Source: Labilithrix luteola (GTDB taxonomy: Bacteria > Myxococcota_A > Polyangia > Polyangiales > Polyangiaceae). Taken from it: DNA of 32,000 bases. How positions within the stretch are numbered: the stretch's first letter is position 1; each line of letters begins with the position of its first letter. Made by a program: the position numbers and the translations under genes. The DNA lies in the NCBI RefSeq assembly GCF_001263205.1, contig NZ_CP012333.1:5290556-5322555 (forward strand). Direction: 5' to 3'. Below, piece by piece: positions 25,376-32,000 of the stretch. The notes below the pieces were generated by a model that did no database searches, was not told the origin of the DNA, and worked only from the letters and a program-made list of their open reading frames with translations.

Positions 25376-25442
25376 TGAGGTGCCTTGGAGATGTCCGGAT
25401 GAAGTGTTGGTCTCACGCCGTGAGATCTGAGAAGCTGGCGCG

Positions 25443-26300
25443 ATGCATTTGCGGTGGCTGGTGTTCGGTCTGCCAGCACTCATGGTGGCGAGCGCTTGCA
25501 GCTTCCGCTCACTCGAGACGCTCACGGCGGGGAACGACGACGCGTCCATTCGAGTTGGTCGTACCGACGCCGAGGATGCGGCTCGAGATGGTGGTGTCGA
25601 CGCTGAGGACGCGCGGGACGGAGGCGACGGAGGGCCGGTCGCGTGCGCGAACTCACCGTCGAAAACATGCGCCGCCGTCGGCATGTGCTGTCCCGCCGCG
25701 ACGCCCTTTTGCCGCTTGAACATCGATCTGCCGAACAAGACATTCGCCGTGTCGTGCGCCGCGCAGGCCGATAAGCGCCAAATCGGTGATGAGTGCGATC
25801 CCACGGCCGGTCAGTGCGCCGACGGGCTCTCGTGCGGGCTCGTTTATTCGACGAGCGTAACGTACACCTGCGTTCCTCTCTGCTCGAGCGACGCGGACTG
25901 CGCTCCGTGCGCCGAAGGGCAATGCAGCTACGACACGAAAGCGGGTGGGGTCTGCTCGCATCCACTCGCGAAGAACTCCACGGTCAAACAATGCGGTGCT
26001 TGCGACCCGATGGCCCCGGGGAACGCGTGCGGTGCGGACTATTGCCTTCCGCAGGACCTCACAGGGCCACCGAGTTGCGGGCGAGGTGGCGGGTCCGACA
26101 TGAGCTGTCACTGGACTGCGGATTGTCCGTCAGGGAGGTATTGCGTGTGTGCAAGCGGGTTTGGTAACGCCTGCGGCTACTCGCCAACGGCAGGTTCGTG
26201 CATGGCGGGCTGTTACATTTACGACGTTGGAAAGCCGTGTCCGACGGGCGGCACCTGTACCGCCATTCCTGGGAGCGCGAACTACGCTGTTTGCAAATAA
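25443..26300 (+). CDS. Cys-rich secreted lipoprotein (paralogue 1)
   Basis: 285 aa. The signal is MHLRWLVFGLPALMVASAC. An acidic linker precedes a Cys-rich domain (..ACANSPSKTCAAVGMCCPAATPFCRLNIDLPNKTFAVSCAAQAD..YAVCK*). It is nearly identical to 26538-27383. Confidence 0.8.
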   Translation: MHLRWLVFGLPALMVASACSFRSLETLTAGNDDASIRVGRTDAEDAARDGGVDAEDARDGGDGGPVACANSPSKTCAAVGMCCPAATPFCRLNIDLPNKTFAVSCAAQADKRQIGDECDPTAGQCADGLSCGLVYSTSVTYTCVPLCSSDADCAPCAEGQCSYDTKAGGVCSHPLAKNSTVKQCGACDPMAPGNACGADYCLPQDLTGPPSCGRGGGSDMSCHWTADCPSGRYCVCASGFGNACGYSPTAGSCMAGCYIYDVGKPCPTGGTCTAIPGSANYAVCK

Positions 26301-27194
26301 CGTTGTATTCGAAGCGCGTCGCAGCGGCCGCGGGGCAATGCAAGCGTCCCTTCCAATCGAAGCCTCCCCATAGGGGCTCCGATCCCGAAGCGCCAAGACG
26401 AAGACCGAAAGCTCACCCGCGAGCTACCATTCGTAAGATCGAGTCGAGCGAGCGACACCGTGAGGTTGGTCGACTCACGCCGAGGAGCTTGGCGAACAGC
26501 GTTCCGCCGGCCCCCGCGACGCGTATCGGGCACACCATCATTTGCAAATGGCGTAGTTCGCGCCCCCAGCAATTGCGGTGCACGTCCCGCCGGTCGGACA
26601 CGGCTTTCCCACGTCGTAGATGTAACAGCCCTTCATGCACGAACCAGCCGTCGGCGCGTACCCGCACGCGTTACCAAACCCGCTCCCACATATGCAATAT
26701 TGCCCCGCCGGACAATCCGCGGTCCAGTGACAGCCCGTGTCGAAGCCGCCTCGCCCGCAACTCGGTGGCCCTGTGAGGTCCTGCGGAAGGCAATAATCGG
26801 CACCGCACGCGTTCCCCGGCGCCATCGGGTCGCAAGCACCGCATTGTTTGACCGTGGAGTTCTTCGCGAGCGGATGCGAACAGAACCCACCCGCTTTCGT
26901 GTCGTAGCTGCATCGCCCTTCGGCGCACGGGGCGCAGTCCGCGTCGCTCGTGCAGAGGGGAACGCACGTGTACATCACGCTGGTCGAATAAACGAGCCCG
27001 CACGAGAGCCCATCGGCGCACTGACCGGCGATCGGATCACACTCCTCCCCGATCTGGCGCACATCGGCCTGTGCAGCGCACGACACGGCGAACGTCTTGT
27101 TCGGTAGATCGATGTTCAAGCGGCAAAAGGGCGTCGCGTCGGGACAGCACATGCCAACGGCGGTGCATGTTTTCGAAGGCGAGCTCGCGCATGC
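25641..27194. repeat. inverted duplication: arms about 25641-26300 and 26538-27194, spacer 237 bp
   Basis: The arms are the Cys-rich domains of the two convergent paralogues. Spot checks at the nucleotide level show about 1 mismatch per 10-40 nt (for example gactattgccttccgcaggacctcacagggccaccgag versus gattattgcc..). Similarity stops at the stop codons. Confidence 0.85.
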
Positions 27195-27383
27195 GACCGC
27201 GTCGGGGCTCGGGGCGAGCGATCCATCCGGCGTCCCGTCTGGTGCCCCATCTGCCGTAGCGTCGCCGCCCGCGGTCGACGAGCGCGGGTCGAGATCGTGG
27301 TCCTCGAGGCCGAGGACGAGACCGCAGCCGGCGACGACCGAGAGCATCGCGACGACGGCAAGCCTAGAAGCGCATGACCGCAT
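26538..27383 (-). CDS. Cys-rich secreted lipoprotein (paralogue 2)
   Basis: Within track ORF 26538-27767. ATG 27383 gives MRSCASRLAVVAMLSVVAGC (a VAGC lipobox). The product is 281 aa. The start overlaps the upstream gene's end by 20 nt. Confidence 0.8.
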   Translation of the reverse strand: MRSCASRLAVVAMLSVVAGCGLVLGLEDHDLDPRSSTAGGDATADGAPDGTPDGSLAPSPDAVACASSPSKTCTAVGMCCPDATPFCRLNIDLPNKTFAVSCAAQADVRQIGEECDPIAGQCADGLSCGLVYSTSVMYTCVPLCTSDADCAPCAEGRCSYDTKAGGFCSHPLAKNSTVKQCGACDPMAPGNACGADYCLPQDLTGPPSCGRGGFDTGCHWTADCPAGQYCICGSGFGNACGYAPTAGSCMKGCYIYDVGKPCPTGGTCTAIAGGANYAICK

Positions 27384-28395
27384 CGAGCCCGCCTCCTTCC
27401 CTTCCGACGGACGGCACGAGACGCAAACTCGTCCGGGGCGCGTCGAGTGGCTCCGTGAGTAGAAGGTAGGCCGCCACACCGCCTGCAAGGATGCCCGCAC
27501 CGAAGCCGATGGTGGAGAAAAGTGCCGAGCGCCTCGCCGCATCATGGCCATCGAGCCCTTCGCTCGTGGGGCACGTCCGCGTGGGACACAGTGTGTTCGC
27601 GTCGCTCTCCTCGGACGCCGCGCGCAGGCCGAAGAACGTCCCCACGCCGAGTCCCACCCCCGCCGCCCCGACCAGTACCCATCCCAGCGTTCGACGGGAC
27701 TTGGCCGGTACCCGGGCGGCCGCGGTATCCGGCGGATTGCGCGGGGTGGCGGCAGCCGATCCAGCAACGGGTGGGGAGGCCTCGATCGGCTTGTCCTCGA
27801 GGGCCGGGATCTCGACGGTGAGGAGCTTATGTCCTCGCTCGATCGTCACCTTCCGTGACCACGGCGTCTTCGACGCGGCACGCGCCGTGAGCACGTGCTC
27901 GCCTGGATCGATCGGGATATCCGAACCGAGCGTGCCTTCGGTCAGCGGTGTATCGTCGAGCTTCACGTCCTGGCCGGGAACAGGATGGCTCACGACGATA
28001 CGAATCGTCGGCAGCTCCGCCTCCAAGGCCTGCGCGTGCGTTCGGGCGAGCTTTTCGCGATCCGGTTGTCGGGTGCGCTCGGCGATGCGAGAGGCTTCGG
28101 TAAACTCGATCCACGCGGTCGCCGTCTTCCCTTCGAGCTCGTGACACGTGGCGAGGTGAAGGAGCGTTCCGAGCTTCGGCTCCAGCCGATGACTCTCGGC
28201 AAACTTCACGCAAGCTTCGGAGATCTTGCCTTGCGCAGCGAGCTGCTTCGCTTCCCGGAAGATCGCCTCGGCCGCTGCACGCTCTCTCGCCGACGGCTCC
28301 GCCGCGGCCGCACTCGACATCGCGAGTGTTGCGAGCATCACCAACGTGAGGAGACCCCTCGAACGACGCCGCTGGAAGAAATCCGCGCAGGTCAT
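27364..28395 (-). CDS. membrane protein with helical N-domain, PEGA-like beta domain and C-terminal TM segments
   Basis: ATG 28395 overlaps the kinase TGA (ATGA). The signal is MTCADFFQRRRSRGLLTLVMLATLAMSSAAA. The PEGA-like segment is ..IRIVVSHPVPGQDVKLDDTPLTEGTLGSDIPIDPGEHVLTARAASKTPWSRKVTIERGHKLLTVEIP. TM segments are TLGWVLVGAAGVGLGVGTFFGL and ..IGFGAGILAGGVAAYLLL. Confidence 0.75.
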   Translation of the reverse strand: MTCADFFQRRRSRGLLTLVMLATLAMSSAAAAEPSARERAAAEAIFREAKQLAAQGKISEACVKFAESHRLEPKLGTLLHLATCHELEGKTATAWIEFTEASRIAERTRQPDREKLARTHAQALEAELPTIRIVVSHPVPGQDVKLDDTPLTEGTLGSDIPIDPGEHVLTARAASKTPWSRKVTIERGHKLLTVEIPALEDKPIEASPPVAGSAAATPRNPPDTAAARVPAKSRRTLGWVLVGAAGVGLGVGTFFGLRAASEESDANTLCPTRTCPTSEGLDGHDAARRSALFSTIGFGAGILAGGVAAYLLLTEPLDAPRTSLRLVPSVGREGGGLDAVMRF

Positions 28396-29864
28396 TCCCG
28401 TCCTCCCAGATTGTCGAAGGCGGACGGGCCCCGCGCCTTCGTCGGCCTTCCGCTGGAAGGAGGCGGCTTGGTGCGCACGCGCGCGCTCGGCACGGGGTCG
28501 CTCGATGTGCCGGCGACGGCGACCGAGTTGGCGGGAGACGTCGAGACGGCGGAGCTGCCGGTGGCAAAGGAGGTGAGTTCGCCGCTCGCAGAAGGCGTCG
28601 GCTTGCTGGTGTCGACGACGGTCGCCGCCCTCGAAGGCGAATGTGCGGTTTGCACGTTTCGAGTGGCCGAGACGAGTGCGCCGGCGGCTCCGAGGAGGAC
28701 AAGGAGCGCGACGCCGACCAACGCGGCGGTCCTCGACGGGCGAGAGCGTCTCGTCTCCGGTGCCGATGCCCGCGTGTCGAGCGCCGTCTCGAGCTGCGTG
28801 TCGTCCTCGGTAGCGGACGGTGGCGTGACCGCCGCCTCGCGCGACGTCTGAGACGGGGTGATCTCGTTGAGCGCGTCGTGGACGTTGATCCCAAGACTGC
28901 TTCCCGCTTCGATCTGCGCCACGTGACGAGCTCTGTCCGCCAGCGTGGCGGCAGAGATGTTCGTTAGCCAGGCTCCGACCTCCGCAGCCGAAGCGATCGG
29001 GCCGCACGCTTCGATCGCAAGCGCCATCGCTTGCGCGGATGAATACCTGTTGGCTGGGGCGCGCTCGAGCCCGCGCATCACGGCCGCCTCCAGAGCAGCT
29101 GGAATACTGGGAGCGAAGGTGCTGGGAGGCTTCACCTCGTCGTGCAAGATGCTTGCGATGATGCCCCCGTCGGTCTCTGCCCGGAAGAGTCGGCGCCCAG
29201 TCAGCATCTCCCACGTCACGACTGCCGCCGCGTAGATGTCTGCCCTCGCGTCGAGTTTGCCATCGGAGAGCTGCTCTGGCGGCATGTACGGGAGCTTGCC
29301 CTTCACCCTCCCTTCCCGTGTGTGCGTGAGCCGTGTCGTCGCCTTGGCGATCCCGAAGTCGAGCACGCGCGCCATCCCGTCGGCGCCGACGAGGATGTTT
29401 TGTGGGGAGACGTCGCGATGCACGATCTCGAGCCCGACGCCGCGCTCATCCGTCGCCGTGTGTGCTGCGTGAAGACCTTGCAGAACGCCGGATGCGATGC
29501 TCGCGACGATGTGCGGTGGGATGCGCTCGCGGGTTTGTGACAACTGCTTCATGAGAGCGGACAGCGACTCTCCATGAATCCATTCCATGACGAGGAAGAG
29601 CTCGCCTTCAGCGGCCACGACGTCCACCGTCGCCGCGACGTTGGGGTGCCGGATGCGCGCCGCGAGGCGTGCCTCGTCGAGGAACCCGGTGACGAACTCG
29701 GGATCGCGCGCGAAGTGCGAGTGGAGCCGCTTGATGGCGACGGTGCGCGAAAAGCCGACCGGCCCGAGGAGACGACCGTAGTGAACGGTTGCCACGCCGC
29801 CGCTGGCGATCTCTCCGTAGAGGGCGTACCGGCCGATATGACGCGTGCCAACTCCCGCGAACAT
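28392..29864 (-). CDS. Ser/Thr protein kinase (Hanks type), membrane-anchored
   Basis: Motifs: IASGGVATVHYG..VAIKRL, HRDVSPQNILV, VLDFGIAKA and LPYMPPEQ. A C-terminal TM segment (AALVGVALLVLLGAAGALV) precedes a Ser/Thr/Pro-rich tail. AAGGGG lies immediately upstream of ATG 29864. Confidence 0.9.
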   Translation of the reverse strand: MFAGVGTRHIGRYALYGEIASGGVATVHYGRLLGPVGFSRTVAIKRLHSHFARDPEFVTGFLDEARLAARIRHPNVAATVDVVAAEGELFLVMEWIHGESLSALMKQLSQTRERIPPHIVASIASGVLQGLHAAHTATDERGVGLEIVHRDVSPQNILVGADGMARVLDFGIAKATTRLTHTREGRVKGKLPYMPPEQLSDGKLDARADIYAAAVVTWEMLTGRRLFRAETDGGIIASILHDEVKPPSTFAPSIPAALEAAVMRGLERAPANRYSSAQAMALAIEACGPIASAAEVGAWLTNISAATLADRARHVAQIEAGSSLGINVHDALNEITPSQTSREAAVTPPSATEDDTQLETALDTRASAPETRRSRPSRTAALVGVALLVLLGAAGALVSATRNVQTAHSPSRAATVVDTSKPTPSASGELTSFATGSSAVSTSPANSVAVAGTSSDPVPSARVRTKPPPSSGRPTKARGPSAFDNLGGRE

Positions 29865-30115
29865 CCCCTTAACCTATATCTTTTACATCGGCAGACGTGT
29901 CGCGCGAAGAATTCTCGAGTGGCCGACTCGGACGCGGGCTCATCGACGCCTGTCGCGTACGAGAGTGAGAGCGGGCTGCTCCTTCGAGCATGTAGGTACG
30001 TCCACCAGCAACGCTCGATGATGCATGGTTCCTGCCGTGCGAGGGCGGACGTCCAGGATCCTCGTGGGGGCCGCACGCGACGACGACGAGCGACCTTGCG
30101 TGGTAGAACGAAGCC

Positions 30116-31480
30116 ATGAACTCCGACGAGCAGAAGACCGACAGCGTCCGTCCGCTCGCCCCGAGCGGAAGGAGGCTCGTCGCCAGCCTCGACGGAAAGC
30201 TCGTCTTCATCGATCTCCCGAGCCGGGGCCGGCTCGTGCTCGGGCGTGGCAGTTACGCGGACATCGTCCTCGATCACTCGTCCATCTCTCGCCGGCACTT
30301 GGCGATCGATCTCTCGGAGCAGTCGGTTACCATCGAGGATCTCGGCAGCGCGAACGGCACCTCGCTCGCGGGCAAGAAGCTCGGGAAGGGGGTACCCGGC
30401 GCATTTCCGGCTGGCGCGGCGCTCGAGGTCGGTTCGGTGCTCCTGACGCTCCAGGACGCGCGCGCGATGGCGGTCGCGTCGATGGCGAGCGAGGAGGCGG
30501 TCGTCGAGGACCCTGCGATGCGCGAGGCGCACGAGACTGTGCGTGTGGCTGCGGGCAGCTCGCTCAGCGTGCTGCTGCTCGGGGAGACCGGTGTTGGCAA
30601 GGAGCTGTTCGCGCGCCGCATCCACGATCTCTCGCCGCGTCGTGACCAGTCGCTCATTCGCGTGAACTGCGCGGCGCTCGTCGAGTCGCTCCTCGAGGCC
30701 GAGCTCTTCGGCTACGAGCGCGGTGCGTTCACCGGAGCGACACAGGCCAAGCCTGGGCTGCTCGAGGCCGCGTCGGGAGGCACGCTGTTCTTCGACGAGG
30801 TTGGTGAGCTCCCGCTGCCGACGCAGGCGAAGCTTCTCCGCGTGCTCGAGAGTGGCGAAGTGACGCGTGTTGGCGCGCTCAGGCCGCGCAAGGTCGACGT
30901 TCGCTTCGTCAGCGCGACGCACCGCGAGCTCCGCGCGCGCGTCGCGTCCGGCGCGTTCCGTGAGGACCTGTTCTTCCGGCTCGACGGCGTGTCGATCCGC
31001 ATCCCACCCCTGCGGGACCGCGCGTCCGAGATCCTACCGCTCGCGCAGCGGTTCATTGCGATCGCGTCCGCGGCGGCGAACCGTCCTGCCCCGTCGCTCT
31101 CCGACGCCGCGATGGCTGCGCTGGTCGCGCACACGTGGAGCGGCAACGTTCGCGAGCTCAAGAACGTCATCCAGCGGAGCGTGCTCTTCTGCAAGACGCC
31201 TCGCCTCGAGGCGAGTGACCTTCGCTTCGACGCGATGGTGTCGGCGGGCGGCGGCGGCGGAGCGCCAACGGTCGCGGCGTCGACAGCGCGGGCGGGAGGG
31301 GCCGAGATCGAGGGGCTCTCGCCCGAGAGGCTTGCTCGTCGCCAACGGGTGCTCGAGGCGCTCGAGTCCACGCTGCACAACCAGACGCGCGCGGCGGAGC
31401 TGCTCGGCATCTCGCGACGCACGTTGCAGAGCTGGATGATCGATCTGCGGATCCCACGGCCGCGGACGGCTTCTCGCTGA
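30116..31480 (+). CDS. sigma-54-dependent transcriptional activator with N-terminal FHA domain
   Basis: FHA domain: ..GRLVLGRGSYADIVLDHSSISRRHLAIDLSEQSVTIEDLGSANGTSLAG... AAA+ domain: LLLGETGVGKELFARRIH, GAFTGA (ERGAFTGA), GGTLFFDEVGEL, VRFVSATHREL and FREDLFFRL. C-terminal Fis-type HTH: NQTRAAELLGISRRTLQSWM. Confidence 0.9.
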   Translation: MNSDEQKTDSVRPLAPSGRRLVASLDGKLVFIDLPSRGRLVLGRGSYADIVLDHSSISRRHLAIDLSEQSVTIEDLGSANGTSLAGKKLGKGVPGAFPAGAALEVGSVLLTLQDARAMAVASMASEEAVVEDPAMREAHETVRVAAGSSLSVLLLGETGVGKELFARRIHDLSPRRDQSLIRVNCAALVESLLEAELFGYERGAFTGATQAKPGLLEAASGGTLFFDEVGELPLPTQAKLLRVLESGEVTRVGALRPRKVDVRFVSATHRELRARVASGAFREDLFFRLDGVSIRIPPLRDRASEILPLAQRFIAIASAAANRPAPSLSDAAMAALVAHTWSGNVRELKNVIQRSVLFCKTPRLEASDLRFDAMVSAGGGGGAPTVAASTARAGGAEIEGLSPERLARRQRVLEALESTLHNQTRAAELLGISRRTLQSWMIDLRIPRPRTASR

Positions 31481-31606
31481 CGTTCACGTCGAGGAGGGGG
31501 CGGTGCGCTGCACCTCCCGGAGCCTGAACGTAGAGCTCCTGCGCGTCTCCGGGAATGAATCTCATGCGGGCTCGTCGTTACTTCTACAAGGGCGAGCGCG
31601 CCCGTA

Positions 31607-31622
31607 AGGCCTGCTGCTTGCA
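31607..31622 (+). promoter_or_regulatory. sigma-54 (-24/-12) promoter candidate
   Basis: aGGCctgctgcTTGCA has GG at 31608-31609 and GC at 31620-21, the canonical 12-nt GG-to-GC register of TGGCACG-N4-TTGCW. All of TTGCA matches. It lies about 86 nt upstream of ATG 31708 and 127 nt downstream of the activator gene. Confidence 0.45.
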
Positions 31623-31707
31623 GTGTCGAGCCTGCGAACCTGAAGGCCAACGACGTTCGCGCGAGCGCGATTGGCGAGATACGAAGAAGAGTCAGGAGAA
31701 CTTGCCT

Positions 31708-32000
31708 ATGGCTGCTGATTCGAACCACAAGCGTCTCGATGCGCCTCCTCTGGTCGAGCCGCGTCCGATCGATATGGGGATCCCCCTGAATCCGGCGATT
31801 CGAGCGGTGCGCAAGCAGGCCCACCGAACCGACGACGCGGATGCGTTCGTGCCGGACCCTTCGGAGGGAAGCCACATCGGGCCCGATGACGCGGAGTCGT
31901 TCGCGGAGGAGTTCATCGCCACTGCGACGACAGGTGAGTACATCGACATGGACGCCCAAGACGAGGTCTCCGACGAGGAAGACGGAGGGCCGTATCTGGA
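31708..32000 (+). CDS. hypothetical acidic protein, 3' end outside window
   Basis: Not in the ORF track because no stop falls within the window. ATG 31708 is preceded by caggaga (31693-31699). The frame is open to the window end (MAADSNHKRLDAPPLVEPRPIDMGIPLNPAIRAVRKQAHRTDDADAFVPDPSEG..). Confidence 0.5.
   Translation, partial: MAADSNHKRLDAPPLVEPRPIDMGIPLNPAIRAVRKQAHRTDDADAFVPDPSEGSHIGPDDAESFAEEFIATATTGEYIDMDAQDEVSDEEDGGPYL

Noticed and set aside
30026-30041. TGGttcctgccgTGC as a sigma-54 promoter upstream of the activator gene
   Set aside because: The GG/GC register is correct, but the -12 element is GTGC rather than TTGC and the flanking matches are poor. It is much weaker than the 31607-31622 candidate.
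29549-30922. 457-aa minus-strand ORF opposite the FHA-sigma54 activator and kinase 5' region
   Set aside because: It has Arg-rich, low-complexity composition. The opposite strand carries unmistakable AAA+/GAFTGA and kinase motifs.

Overview
This is a 32-kb high-GC segment. Sampled 60-nt stretches of core genes give 42/60 G+C. It reads like a Myxococcota (Polyangiales/Sorangiineae-type) chromosome, with many signal peptides ending in Cys, two Ser/Thr kinases, an FHA-sigma54 activator and an ECF sigma factor. All family calls come from motifs read by eye; no database search was run. LEFT (2.3-11.6 kb): nine same-strand genes, most joined by ATGA/GTGA start-stop overlaps. They encode an OMP-like protein, a Cys-rich NCGxCG-repeat protein, two beta-propeller-like lipoproteins, an RCC1-repeat lipoprotein, an IgGFc-binding-N-like lipoprotein, and an ECF sigma/anti-sigma pair. 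The cluster is bracketed by a lipoprotein gene (591-1880) and its decayed paralogue (11574-12233). MIDDLE (12.3-20.8 kb): mosaic, partly decayed accessory DNA ending at ssrA (tmRNA, 20461-20821, minus strand). The tmRNA 3' end occurs three times in the same orientation (15220-15251, 16265-16326, 20417-20480). This is the scar pattern of serial integration into ssrA. The innermost segment (16.3-20.4 kb) holds a clearly lower-GC, translationally coupled DUF262(ParB-like)/HEPN(Rx4H) gene pair, a convergent SPPY amino-methyltransferase, a tyrosine-recombinase relic with an in-frame stop, and a 119-120-bp tandem array. I consider the DUF262-HEPN(-MTase) module the best candidate for an uncharacterised defence system. 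Further left lie a 42-bp x 6.5 tandem array with internal dyads, an IS66-Orf1-like relic and a frameshifted membrane-protein gene. RIGHT (20.9-32 kb): a lipoprotein gene, a soluble Ser/Thr kinase, a large secreted lipoprotein and a small gene relic. Two near-identical Cys-rich lipoprotein genes then sit in a convergent inverted duplication. One copy is the last gene of an STPK/PEGA-like operon that diverges from an FHA-sigma54 enhancer-binding protein. A good -24/-12 promoter candidate follows, ahead of a partial acidic-protein gene. Many long Arg-rich ORFs in the track are antisense or shadow ORFs and were discarded.
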